A stretch of DNA of 57,590 bases, filler included, from Sphacelaria rigidula (Eukaryota), in assembly GCA_964200075.2 (NCBI GenBank). It is 5 parts of 5 records of this genome, joined end to end, with 100 filler letters (N's around TTAATTAATTAA, not from the genome) between each part and the next. Parts side by side here need not be neighbours in the genome. Positions count along the whole stretch, not along the records: positions 23,079 to 34,516 come from CAXNAA020004922.1; positions 34,617 to 46,053 come from CAXNAA020004923.1; 3 more parts are not named here. One strand, given 5' to 3'. A program made the position numbers and the translations under genes. The notes beneath the pieces were generated by a model. It was not told the origin of the DNA. It made no database searches and saw nothing but the letters and a program-made list of their open reading frames with translations. Shown piece after piece: positions 24,585-37,468 of this stretch (positions are counted from its first letter, which is position 1; every line of letters starts with the position of its first letter).

Positions 24585-26851
24585 CTTGACATCCTCCAGC
24601 GACTGCATGTACATGTTCTGTGCCTCGCTCAGCTCACCACCCAGTTTCTCGCGTTCCTGCTCTAGTCGAAACGCGTCTTTCCGCTGCCGAGCAACCTGTT
24701 TTTCCATTTTTCGTTATTTTTAAAAAGAGAAACGAAAGTCTTTGTTTGAAGGGAAATGCATTCCTAATTTTATTCGGTTACCGTCTGAACCTATAGTTAC
24801 AGAGCTGTCGGGCAGTCTGTCAATACCGTCCAACCGGTTTCACAGTGTTTTCTTTTCACGTGTTCAGATGTTCCTCTGGCCATCTGCTCGTGCACCTTGC
24901 ATAGCATGTTCAGTATTTGTCGTAGTTGAAGTAACTAATGACACACATTTTGTTTCTCCCAGTGGGTCGAGCAGCAACCCTCCTTATTTGGAACATGACT
25001 GACAACTTGTTCTGTTCTTGAGACATCTCATTGTCTTCTTGACTTCTCTTCAAGCACCACAAAACATGTGACCAGCACCATACTACACAAACGATAATGT
25101 AACATACAATTCGAGCTCAGCGTGTTTTTTTTTTTGTTTCATAATATACTGCAAGGACAAACTATTATGATCATGTACACCACCATGCGAATCATACTAC
25201 GATAGGGAGTGGGGGGGTATTTGGGCAACTTCTTCCAAGAAATTTCACGTCACTTCAAACCGTCGTTTAGAGCAGCAACCTTTGCTCGAACATGCTTGTT
25301 ACGAGTAAGGCATGCCATTCATACCGCTCAACACTACTTTCACGTAAATACAAGCGCATCGCGAGTATGCTGGGTCGTCTAAGACGCACATGAGTCCTTG
25401 TTCTCGTAGAATCGAGCACCCCCCCCGCATGACTCATGCACATTAAAAACATAACAAGGAGATCACAGAAACATCATGAAATGAACGAACACTCACTCAC
25501 ATACGTTACTCGCTGATAGCATCGAAATTTTGGAAATTGTCTGCAGTGAGGGATAACTCACCAAAGATTTATCTTGGGGACACCTTTCTCATGAAATTGC
25601 TAGTGAGTTTTCCGATTACAAAGACGGCTAAAATGTACTGAAAAAAACGTTAAAAATACCATTCGGCTCGGCGACTTGTAGAAATCAGACTTATCAGCTT
25701 ACTGAGCTGCAGGTTCTGCTCTGTCTAAACGGTGTTGTGTGAAACGTATTTCGCGGCAGGCAACAATACTCGATATTGTTTTTCGTTCCGAACAAGCCAA
25801 GACTAGGAGGACGTGTAAACGCATTTGGGTTTCGGTAACTGAATCACGCACACTGAAGCTTGTAAAAAAATGATCAGATACATCGACCAAGAGGACATGG
25901 CGGAAGGGAAGTTGGTTGCGCACGGGGGGGGAAAGGTCGAAAAATTAATTCAGCAAATATAATAGATGAGATCTTCGGGACTTGGGGCATCGGATATAAT
26001 GTGTGGATATTGATTCTCCTTTGTTAAAAATGACGTTCTCAGATGAAAATGCAGTCGACCAAAACGTAAGGTCGCGAGTTACCGCTTGAAGCTCGAACGT
26101 TTATCCAAGGACAGTAGGGGCATGTACGTTTGGAGAACAGCAGGAGCCTGGCATGTTTGGAGAAGAACCATGATAGCCTGTACATTTGATGGAAGGGATA
26201 TTTTATCCTTCGTCGTTTGATCGAAATAACGGAAGCCAGATCGCGTGTGGCTGTTTCATTTGTGCTGGTTTTCGTACGTTGAGTCAGGAACGAACTGGCC
26301 TTGCTATGTATCCGATTGTCGGTTGATTTGGCACCGTTCAGTACAATATCAACGCGAGAGGAAATGATGTACCCGTGAGGGGCAAGCTGTTCGAGATTTA
26401 TTTCTTCGGGTCATCATGCGTCCGGAAGAATATAATTGTGTGGGTTTTGCTCCTGAGAAACCGCGCATCGCTAAGTATCATCACGGGCACGGTCTCTATT
26501 ATCCCCGTCCTCCTCTAGGAACGCCGTGATCGAATGAACAAAATATTCTAACGGCATTGGGAATGTCTTCCTTGTTCCTCATCAGTCTAACGATTTGCGT
26601 CCTGACGTGAGGTAGTGTTCAATGAAGCTGCGGTGTTATTGCGCGCTTGCTTGCCTGTAGTGTTTCGCTTGTGTTTAACCGCTCGCTAGTTGGCAGCTTC
26701 ACATAGACAGGGTCAGCGGATAAATTCCATCAATTCGACGATGTGTGTGACTGATCTGTTTCTTTGACACACTATTGACAATGTGCCAAAACACGCACAT
26801 GCACGCGCGCGCACACACACAAACACACACAAACACACACAAACACACACG

Positions 26852-26907
<56 letters not shown>

Positions 26908-28017
26908 TGCACGCACGCACGGACGGGCGGACAATTTCAGGCATGAAAACATCGAAGCCGGGGCACCGTGCGGATGTTCTCAAACCGGCGTTTCACATTT
27001 TTATCACGATCGGAATATACATATATATATATTAGCGTTGTTGGGCGAAGCAGCAGGTAGAGTGACACTCATCGGCCCGTCACCGGCATGATCCCTTTTT
27101 GAACCTTCAGAACCCCATCATCATCCAAACCATCCGCGAAACTCGGTCATTATTCAGTGACACTGGCTTACAAAAAAGCAGATGGAGCTTGTGCAAGAAA
27201 CAACACTTGTTGGCAAACAGGAGGAACATTGGAGTGATCTTGCAAGCTTACGTCTAGTGGTACCCACCCGCCGTTGACTGTGTTGATCTGGCCGGGGTTT
27301 TCTTCAGCGTACGTATTTGCGAGACAAGGATCTTTGTTTTGCTTAAAGTTTTCACGGTATGCTTAAAGTTTTCAACCACTCACGATGAACCAAAAGCAGA
27401 ACAATTAACTCCCGAAAGAGACTTGAATGATGTAAAATGTGTCTAGGTCTTCGACGGCTGAGCGGGTAGACTCATCGATCACGTTTTTGAGGGGGAATAC
27501 CCTACCAAGTTACGGGGGTCATATTCGCCGTTTTGTATTGTACTCCAGTGGATGGACAAGTGCACCGTAGCCGGAAACGAATGCACCCAACGTTCGCGAG
27601 GGTGCGGCGAGGGCGAACAACAAACATATAAGAATCCCGGCAATATCACCATCACCATTATCACCATTATCACCACTACCATTACCATTACCACTACCAC
27701 AACAGCGACAACGACGACAACGACGACAACGACGACAACGACGACAACGACGACAACGACGATGACGACAGCAGTGATAAACGTAATGAAAACGGATCCA
27801 AAATCTAACCTCGTTTTTGTATGAAGTAAGCTCTGCCTCCAGGGAAGATATGATCATCTCCCGCTCCTTGACAACATCTTCTGTCATCTTCATGCGACCT
27901 TCGGCTTTCTGAGCGGCCTGTTTCAAATCAGATAGCGTGATCATAACGCAACGAGAATATTTCAGACGGTAATAACCTTCTTCTTCTTCTCAAAGAACAA
28001 CAACATCAATAGTGTTA

Positions 28018-28061
<44 letters not shown>

Positions 28062-31000
28062 ATAATAATGATGATTGCTAATAATAATAATAATGATAAT
28101 GATATTAATGAATGATGATAACAATGACAACAACAACACCATTAAACATAATATCGATGACTTCACTTTGGATGAAATTGAACGACACACACAAGATAGG
28201 TGAGCATATTCCGATAAAAGCGCATAGTGTCCCCTTCTTTTCAAATAAATACACGAGAATACAAAACATCACAGTTGAAGTGCATACATCGCCACTGCTT
28301 CCACGATTGTCCAAGCTGATTCAGAGTTGAAACTCGAGCTTCAAACGTAATCCACACTCGTCCAGGGACCAAGATCTTTCAACCTGCTGTCCACGATACG
28401 CCTATAGTTTGCCCTGACGTTTACGGCGACGCTCCTCCATTGACTTCATACGCAGTTGGAACGCTGGTACACTGTACATGGCCTTCTACATATGAAGTCA
28501 GGCTTCTCGACGCCTCACTTAAACCCCGGTCGACCGCGAGCGTACAAACGTGAAGTCAGGCTGTGCACAACGCGCAACTGCAACCACATTTCACGCGGCT
28601 CGTACGCTGCTATCAAGCTGCCAATAACATGTGAACCTTTGGGAGATATGTGCCTAACCTGGGATAACATGTTGCAGCCAGCTTTCACCTGTGTGTTTCA
28701 AAGAAGCGTTTGCCGCTTGCTACCCCAGAGCCGTAAATACTCATATGTCAACGACAACCAAAGGCATCGACACGTACTACTCGGTCGTTTAGAGCCCTGG
28801 TGCGTTTCCAAAATGATAATTCAAGGCGGAGGAAAGGTGGATGGGCACCGCTTATGTCGTGTTCTGGCAAGGTACTCTACGTATTATTGGTCAGAACTTC
28901 TCCCCCAACCCGCGCAGGTGAGTGTTATTTCCAGCTTTATAGAGTGCTTGCTACTTGCGGCATGTTTCGCCACGCGATTTCCACCATCTCATATTCTCGC
29001 ACAACGGTGTTCTGGGATATCTGCCTGGCATATTCATCTGAAATGTGATATTCATTTGGGATATCCATCCGAGGTATCCCTGTGGGAAAAGGATATCCAT
29101 CTGGAATATCCATCTGGGACTTCAATGTTCACGTGGGATCTCCATCTCGGGCGTCAGATCCACCCGGAGGATCCATATGGGACTTTCTTCATGAGGGAAT
29201 AATATGGTGTGCACGGTTCATACTACGGGGGGAGACATGGAGTATGACGGGCATTGAATAAAATCGATGGATATCACATGCATATGGCATCGATTCAATA
29301 TTATACACTACACTTGTTCTTCAGATCAGGAAACACGGTTTTATTCTCAGTGCCCCCAGGTTTTGACTCCACAAACGGACTATTGAATAAATGTTCCCCG
29401 AACGAACATTGAAGGCCTTTCTACAAATGGAGGAAATCAAAGGCCGCGAGTACTTTTGCAGTTGGGTACGGTTGGCGAACTTACAGAGATTTGTTGATTC
29501 CTGACCAAGTGGAATTGGAAAACACGGACCGATTTCGATTAACTACGAATTTCGTGATTCCATCGGAGAGTGATTGACTGATGTATTCGTTAATCGAACG
29601 TCAACGCTTGATTGTCGCACATGAACAATTGATGTCCGAGGGATCCAGTCGTGATATCAAGATGGACGTACCGAAGATAAGCAAAACAGAAATACTCGCC
29701 AGGGGAAACTCGCGAAAAGGGAAAGGTCGGAACCAAAAGAAGAGACACAGTAAACTAAAAACTACAAGCATGGAGAACAAAAACGAAGAAGAAAAGGAAA
29801 TGAAAGGATAGGAAAGGACAGCAAAGGAAATGCAGGAAATGACAGGAAATGACAGGAAATGACAGGACAGGACAGGACAGGACAGGACAGGACAGGACAG
29901 GACAGGACAGGACAGGATAGAAAAGAAAAGAAAATAAAAGAAAAGAAAAGAAAAGAAAAGAAAAGAAAAGAAAAGGAACGGGAAAAAAAGGAGAAAATCA
30001 TTAAAACCGTCGCATAAGAACCCAAATCATGATAAACATGTTTTTTTCACGTGTAAGAGCTTCAGCGTTTGCTCGTAGTGTGTTGACTGAATTCGCAGTT
30101 TTGTCTCGGTTGACAAGTGGAGAACATCCGAATTCGAAATACGTAGAACCTAATCTTGACATCAATACCGTACAGTAAAATGTTCAGGGAACCTACTTGC
30201 TAACTTGGTTGGGGTGTGAGCGGCTCACCCTCCGCACTTGGACAAGTTAGCTATTTTTTCTCCTCTTCTGGCGGGCCTTTTGCCAGTAGTCGTGTAGAGC
30301 CTTACCATCTACCTGTTGTGTGTCTCTTTTTTTGTGCAAACAACTGTGGAAGATGACTGGCACGATGAGCTTTCAGTGATGACCGGTCAGAGGTATCATT
30401 TCAATGATAACCGGCAAGAGATATTATTTGAGTGTTGTTCGGCCGAAGATAACCTTTAAATGATGGACGGTCAGATATGAGCTTTGGATGATGGCTGACC
30501 AAAATATATACCATGACTGACGGCCGGGCACAAATACGTTTTGAATGATAGCCGGCTACGTATGAGTTGTCAATGGTTCACCGACCAGGGATGAGCTTTG
30601 AATGAAGATCAGTCAAATATAATCGTTGAATGATGGCCGGCCGGATACACACGTTGGAGGATGGTCGGCCAAGGAAGAGTTTCGTATAAACTCCTGCCGA
30701 ATGCAACGCCACGCGCTCCTCCACCCGCTACGATATGAGTTCTGCGCAAAAAGACTCTTGAACAGACAGGGCGTTGTATTAGATTTGCCATAATCGAAAT
30801 CTCACCTCTGGTCAGCCATCACCCAGAACGTGTTTCTGATCAATCATTGTTCATAGTTCATCCCCGACCGGTCATCGTGGTGAGAGTAGCTCCAATGATA
30901 ATCTCTGGCCAATCATCAGCCCAAGCTGATCTCTGGTCGGTCATCATTTGCAGCTGAACTCTGGCCGGTCATAATTGAAGGCGCACTTTGGCCGGTCATC

Positions 31001-33192
31001 ATTGGAATATTATCCCTCGCCGGTCATCATTGAAAGCGCATCTCTGGTCTGATGGTAGTCGGCCAGAAACACGATTTCAATGACCAGTCAGAGATGAGCT
31101 TTGACCGATGACCGGTCAGAAATAAGCATGCAATTTTAGTCGACTAGATTGACCGGCCAGAGACGAGGGTTTAGTGGTGATCAGCCGAAGATGAGCTTCC
31201 ACTTATGACCGGCGAGAATTGGGCTTTCAATGATGACCGATCAAGAATGTGTCTTGACTTTTGACTGGCCAGACATACGCTTGGAATGATGACCAGCCAG
31301 AGATAAGCTTGCAATAATCATCACCCAGAGAGCTCTCAGCTTTTGACTGGCCGGGGGTGACTTTGGAATGATGACTCGCCAGAGATACGCGTTGGGTGGT
31401 GATTTGCCACACATGATCTTTGCGTGATGACCGGTCGGACATGGCTTTCAAGTGATGACTAGCCAAAGATACGTCAGAATGATGACCGGCCGGAGGTGAG
31501 CTCTGTATAATTGCCGACCGGAGATAAGCTTTTAATGGTGAAAAGCTTGAGTAGCGATCGGCCAGAGATACGCTTCCTTGACGACCGGTCAAATGTGAGC
31601 TTTGGATCATGACCGCCCAGAGATGAGCTTTTAATAATAGCCGACCCGATACAACCCTACGCGCTATTTCACCCTCTACATTACGAGCACTACATAGGAA
31701 GACCTTCAAACAGAAAAAACAAAAATGGGTGAGGGAATCTGTCTGGGGGCACGCAGCCGGTACAGATGAAGACACCATTTGTGGTCATTGCGTCCACCTA
31801 GTCAGCTCGCAGTTATTTGATTTAACACTGGGTAACTTACGATGAAGCCGCCCGCGTCCCCGGCATATGGTCGGTACCCGAGAGGCCCGTGAACAAATGA
31901 TGGTCTGAACATATACTTTTGCAAACGTGCCTTGGGGACATCACCTCCTCTGTTCCACAAGTTAGGATTGAATTGGGGCACGAATCGTATCTCCCGAACG
32001 GAGGCGAATTTTGAGCTATATGTAGGATGACTCGAGGAAAAGTCTGAGAAGCGCTGCGTACGCAATGTCGTGTTACAATTGACCCCTTTTTGACCACTTT
32101 TGGCCACTTCGAATCCGGTTTTAGACGACGCGTAGCTAGCCTGAGCACATGGGATTTGCTAAAACGAGGAAAGTTTGACCTATTTTTGTCGTTTTCACCG
32201 TCCCTTTTTTCTTGTGTCCCCGGAACAGGGGCGAGATTCGGCCGTTCTCGGACAGCCTGACTTATATTGGCTGTTCAGCCGCACGGTGAAAACGAAAACT
32301 GTAAAAATCAATGAATAAGTTTCAAATCAAAAACACCAAAGAGCGCAATGGAATATACGAAAAACAACTCGGAGAATGTGAGGGGCCCGTACAAACAACT
32401 CGGTCCTACCTCATGGGACAGAAGGACTATACCTTACCATACGCGACCCCGGCTGGATGCGTAGCCAATCTGCTGATGCAAGACAATCGATCAACCAAGC
32501 ATCAATCGATTATTTGTGCGCTGCAATCGCTGTTCACCTGAAAGACCTCAAATTTCAGTCTTGCTTTGAACGACCGGTTATGCAACCTTAAGTAGATCAA
32601 CCACATCAATTCAAACAACGAAACGTTTCAGCCATGTGTGCACCGTGCGAAATGTACATTCCGTACCCCTTGCTCGGTGGGCCCCCCGAGTTTCTACCAC
32701 CAGAGATTGGTGTATTGAATGCCCACATATATCAGAGAAAAGCGGAGCTCCAAAATAACAAACAACGATGACACGCAATAACCGTTGGTACCGTGTACTT
32801 TTTACCGATTGCGTTCGGCTGAGTCATCCTCGTTGCTTGCTTCATACGACTCGTGCACGTAAGCAAGGGTTTTTATTCTTCAAAATCAGTATTATTTTGT
32901 TTTTCGACAGTGGTATGGAAAAAAAAATCATTTCACTTGTCATCTCACAAGCGCACAAAAACCGTTCTTCTTTGTTCACCCGAACATAATTCCTCCAAGT
33001 AGCACGGAGGTGTTCAGTGTGTGATGATTGGTGTGGTCACGTAACGGAACTCTTCCCGGTTAGTACGTTTTCACCCTGACCCACCTGTAACTGCAGCCCT
33101 TTCTCTCGCAAAGACGCCTCCGCCTCTTTTCGTGCCATCTCCTCTCGCTTTCGGAGCACGGCCAACTCCTTCTCCAGGCTTTGTATTTGCGT
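24585..33192 (-). CDS. CFAP58: CFAP58 (CCDC147/FAP58-FAP189 family) flagellar coiled-coil protein, three internal exons
   Basis: Phase-0 exons 33192-33085, 27917-27810 and 24695-24585 (CAG/GT) give [109 protein letters not shown]. This is colinear with the CFAP58 segment LE.EI..YK.EA.KQRK.I..LEKERD.....S.......MEDIK as I recall it. It could be a paralog. Confidence 0.75.
26812..26904. repeat. (CA)n microsatellite
   Basis: Seen directly. Confidence 0.95.
27645..27770. repeat. Compound (CACCAT)-like / (ACGACA)n microsatellite
   Basis: Seen directly, just downstream of a CFAP58 exon donor. Confidence 0.9.
28017..28100. repeat. (AAT)n microsatellite
   Basis: Seen directly. Confidence 0.95.
29012..29182. 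repeat. Degenerate ~13-bp minisatellite (GGGATATCCATCT)
   Basis: About 8-10 imperfect units, e.g. GGATATCCATCTGGAATATCCATCTGGGA. Confidence 0.75.
29838..29975. repeat. (GACAG)n followed by (GAAAA)n pentanucleotide repeats
   Basis: Seen directly. Confidence 0.95.
30350..31665. repeat. Highly diverged 28-bp-unit tandem array in three blocks of alternating orientation
   Basis: Consensus ~TGATGACCGGCCAGAGATGAGCTTTGAA. Forward at ~30350-30685, reverse at ~30795-31049, forward at ~31050-31650. Confidence 0.9.
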
Positions 33193-33385
33193 CTGCACAA
33201 TCCCGAACAGATTGGACCGTATGGCGTGGCGTGGCATGAAGAAGATGAACGGCGCCCGAAACACCCGTCGCCGGCCAAACAAGATGCGAAATATGAGGGG
33301 AATGGGGGCACGCGCGGGGACGGGGACGGGGACGGGGGGGGGGAAATGAAGACGGTAGTGTGTCACAGTTATTAGTACTAAGATA

Positions 33386-33496
33386 CCTGTCTATCTATCT
33401 GTCTGTCTGTCTGTTTGTCTGTGTGTGTCTGTGAGTATCTGCCTCCCTCTGTCTGTCTGTCTGTCTGTCTGTCTGTTTCTCTCTCTCTCTCTCTCA

Positions 33497-33553
<57 letters not shown>

Positions 33554-33686
33554 GAGGGATGCTACGGGGGGGATATACTTTCAGTCCAAAAGGTTTCTGA
33601 GGTTGCACACTAAGGCCCAGATTTTTGTCATCGACAGGCTCTCAAAGTGTAGAGCCTCAGAACAAAACTGTGCACCCCTATCGTAG

Positions 33687-33722
<36 letters not shown>
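33386..33722. repeat. Compound microsatellites (TCTG)n/(CT)n/(CA)n plus a second (CT)n
   Basis: Seen directly at 33386-33551 and 33690-33722. Confidence 0.95.
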
Positions 33723-33725
<3 letters not shown>

Positions 33726-34516
33726 CATATACACAAGTGCAGACCTCGTGGTTTCTGTTTCACCTGGTTTTCGTCGTGGGAGGTTCAGCGTGCGTGTCAC
33801 TAAAACATACGCGCCAGCTTACATGTCGGTAATAAGCCAGAAAACTCCCCGATAATGGATAGGATAAGCATGTAGGAGATGAGCTAGGCTGCGAAGTCGT
33901 GCGCGTTGTTGTCGTGTGCGAGTCCAAAAAACGTTTTGCGCGCCTGAAGATCAAACGCCTGGGAGTTAATCGAAGAATATATGAACAAATGATCATGGCA
34001 CTTGCTTGCTTGACACCGCATGAGGCCATCAGCCGAAGAGAAGCCTCGTAACCGAAAAGTATTAGCTATTTGCGTCCCCCGTGAGTCTGGCTACCACCCA
34101 GTAGATAGTTGATATTGACCTTCTGATCTTTATGGTGTGTGTGGGCAGGTGTCCAGGTGACACTTACGATACAAGCTACTAGATGGTGACCACAGGCAGT
34201 ATCCAGGAATAGCAAAATACGTTATGTGGTATACTTGAGGTTAACACACAGTGCACATAAAACGAAATCGATTATCCCGGCATGAGCTGTCTGTCTACGG
34301 GAAGCACACTCGTCGTTACCTTCGTTTGGTGATCCGTTGAGGATAGTGGTAGTGACTGCACGACTGCACGTTATCGTGACACAAGCAGTGGTGAATGAAG
34401 CTGAGTCGTAAAATATACCATGAAGACAAGCAAGCCTTTCCCCCCCCCCGGTGAGGCACCTATAAGGCAGTGTATAAGCCGTGGCTGTCTCGGGAAGTGG
34501 CGATACCAGATAATAA

Positions 34517-34616
34517 NNNNNNNNNNNNNNNNNNNNNNNNNNNNNNNNNNNNNNNNNNNNTTAATTAATTAANNNNNNNNNNNNNNNNNNNNNNNNNNNN
34601 NNNNNNNNNNNNNNNN
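34517..34616. other. Artificial contig-joining spacer
   Basis: Same 44N-TTAATTAATTAA-44N structure. Confidence 0.97.
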
Positions 34617-35149
34617 ATGGTCATCATCCTCGCCAGTCCGTCGGGGGATCTCGAGATGATGCCGTCATCGTCGGCATACAGCATTCCCCACACCGCTCTA
34701 CGTCCACGTTCCAGCGGTGTCTCCGCCCCCCCCCCCGTCTCCTCATCGAGATATATCATGTCCTTGATGACGATATCATCCTTGCTGAATCGCACCAGGA
34801 CTATCTCGAGCACTGCCGCGAAGAAGATGGTGAACAGCAGCGGAGGCAGTATACATCCTTGTCGTAGTCCCTGTGTGACTTCAAACCACTCCGAGAGCTT
34901 CCCGTCGTCCATACGTACGTGGGCCTGCATACCGTCGTGGAATTGGCGGATAACTGCTATAATCTCATTCGGAATACCAGCTCGGGCCAGTACCTGTCAC
35001 AGAAGCTCTCGGGCGACCAAGTCATATGCCTTGTGGAGGTCGACGAAGCACATGTACAGCGGTATTTTCCGCCGCCGTCCCAGCTCCTGGGGTCGGCGCA
35101 CTACGAACAGCATGTCGACAGTGGATCGGTCAGGTCGGAAGTTGCACTT
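34617..35149 (-). mobile_element. Decayed non-LTR retrotransposon (LINE, RTE-like) reverse transcriptase fragment
   Basis: [44 protein letters not shown] and MLYADD motifs in one frame, with an in-frame TGA at 34997-34999. Runs off the contig end. Confidence 0.93.
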
Positions 35150-35159
35150 GGTCCGTGTA

Positions 35160-35363
35160 TGTTGACAAGTACTACACGTCATACAAATTTGGATTTCGAT
35201 AACCGGAATGTTGGGGTCCTACTGTAAATGAAGAAACCATTTTGGGGGAATTTAGGTGATCAGATCGGATCGCCGAATTTTTCCAAAATTGGTTTCTAAC
35301 CTAGGACCCCAACATTTCGCTTATCTAAATCCATTTTTTAATGTCGTGTAGTACTTGTCAACA
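35160..35363. mobile_element. Palindromic MITE-like element abutting the LINE fragment
   Basis: Perfect 19-bp termini TGTTGACAAGTACTACACG / CGTGTAGTACTTGTCAACA. Imperfect pairing continues inward (AATGTTGGGGTCCTA / TAGGACCCCAACATT). TSD not resolved. Confidence 0.8.
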
Positions 35364-36364
35364 GCTACCGGTAGGTGAAGGAATGGGACCATATTTCGAA
35401 AATTTGGTGTGTATACGAATATTTTGACCCTTCGTTCTCATTCTCAATGAAAGGCTCCATCCTCAATGTCGATGATCGGCTGTTCTAATCCTGGTCGACA
35501 AAAAATTACAACCTAGCTACATAAGGTACCTCTAGTTAAATTTGAATCTAGACTCGAAACGTGCGAAATCCAGCCAACACGTGAGAAAAGTGTTGCATAT
35601 GCATACAGACACCCGTTCGACCCAAAGGGTGGCATATCTCCTACAATAGTAAGTTCAGGCACCACGCCCTCGCCCTCCGCCCCCGCCCCTCCCCCATTTT
35701 TTGGCCTTACAGAAAAATACAGACATCGCAGAAAAATACCATCGAGGCAGTTTGAAGGTATTTACAGTATAATCTACTGCTTTGCTACAGATTCATACAC
35801 AGTGCATAGACAGCTGGTTGGGTGAAGGTATCATTTATTTGCTGCACGTGCCCTACAGTGTGCGGCGTGGTCCCGAGACAACCGAAAAACTCAGCCGTCT
35901 CATTGGTGTCTCGCGGTCAACTCGGATCAACCTCTCGAGAACAGATTGCGTCCTTGCTCCGACGTCAGAGCCTTGCTTTTAACACGCGTGAATCAACTTC
36001 AAATTCAAAGTCTGGCTTCGTCTGACAGCCCGATTATTACTTCCATCAAGTAGAGAACGCCCGGTAAATTTGTTGTATATAAACGATTTTGGTGTGGTGC
36101 AGTGAATGAGAGACACGCAAATTATCGTCCAATCGAGAATTTTCCCCGGTGGATGAGTCGGTTTTTAAATGCACTCTACGTTGCCTCGTAGAGTGCGTAT
36201 CTTCGTCTCCTGGGGAACTATTTATGCAGAGTAAATACATGCTTCGGAGTGTACACGATTTCAAATACATGCATTGAGAAAGCTCCAAAGAGGAGGGAAA
36301 AATTGATACCAGAGGTTTCCGTACCCCTTGCGCACGACGCGTCCCACGAACTACACAACTTTAA

Positions 36365-36482
36365 CCCTTTTGGAACTCATTGACGCTTCTTGTTTTCGTG
36401 AATCGGCATCATTTCGACTTGGAAATGACTGAAAATTATGCCGATTCACGAAAACAAAAATCGTCAATGGGTTCCAAAAGGG
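36365..36482. mobile_element. piggyBac-like MITE, 118 bp
   Basis: TTAA|CCCTTTTGGAAC...GTTCCAAAAGGG|TTAA, with ~45-50-bp inverted arms, CCC/GGG termini and TTAA target duplication. Confidence 0.9.
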
Positions 36483-37014
36483 TTAAGTTAGTCAAATATG
36501 TTTTGGGGACGCGGGGTACCCTTAGCCGTGTTTTCTCTCGCACTGCAGGTCACGGTGGGTGATATATGGGTCTGGGAGTCACCCATCCGTACCGTTTCCC
36601 CCGTGCTTTCCCCAGTATCTGAAAGTGCCGTGGATACTTTTCTCACAATAACAGTAGTACTTTGAAGCGACATGACCACGACGTTGTGTCAAGCTGTAAT
36701 GTTTTTTATGTGCAGGAAAGTACAGTAACCCATTTGTATTGCCCGAAATTTCCGTCGCCTCCGCACGTTTTTACCCGTGATGTATGACCATCCTCGCTGT
36801 TGACTCAGGGCGGGTGCACGTGCGCAAGCAACCTCCGTGTAGGAGGCACTTCTCCCGCTGAGTTTAATGCGCGGGTCGGGAAATGGTCGGGGACGTCTGG
36901 TTTTGCTTCCATGGTACTTGCAAGCACCTCTTCACGCCCCTGGTCAACCTGCTCGCCGTGACAGTCTCTACGCTCGGAGAACAACTAAGTACCTTTCGCG
37001 AAACCATTAACATA

Positions 37015-37468
37015 CATTTCTATATAACGAGGTTGTACGATGAAATGAGGTTCAAGCCCGAAACAGTGTTTCCCCCACACTTACAGTGATGATGCCCGGT
37101 GTTTTTTTTTGTCGGCCTCAAGCCCCTCGATCGCGGAGATACTTCTTCAGCGCATTTTTCCGACTCTGTTCGCTTATAGCGCTGACCGAAACCGTCATAT
37201 TCCCTGAATTTTCAGGGGGGCGTACTCATTATTTGTTGCTTGCCTTTTTTGAGGGGGGGGGGGTGATATCAGGGGAAACAACGATTTTGATCAGTGCTGT
37301 AAGCTCTCAGAGTCGGTAAAATGTGCTGAAGAAGTATCTCCGCGATCGAGGGGCATGATGCCGACAAAAGATCCATCGGGCACCCTCGGGCACCATCGCT
37401 GAAAGTATGAGGAGATAACCGTTTTGGGCTTGAACCTCATTTCATCGTACAACCTCATCAAAAAAATG
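37015..37468. mobile_element. Long-TIR non-autonomous element with central G tracts
   Basis: ~190-bp diverged inverted arms (GAGGTTGTACGATGAAATGAGGTTCAAGCCC / GGGCTTGAACCTCATTTCATCGTACAACCTC; GCCCCTCGATCGCGGAGATACTTCTTCAGC on both arms). Possible TA TSD. Related fragments at 1-30, ~13860-13880 and ~22950-22978. Confidence 0.8.

Noticed and set aside
26699..27091. VC/HT-repeat ORFs (also poly-T, poly-L and poly-I ORFs at 27479-28330 and ORFs at 33378-33855)
   Set aside because: Translations of microsatellites.
30350..31665. CRISPR array
   Set aside because: Period is only 28 bp, variable parts are ~10 bp and resemble each other, repeats are degenerate, the context is a eukaryotic intron and there are no cas genes.
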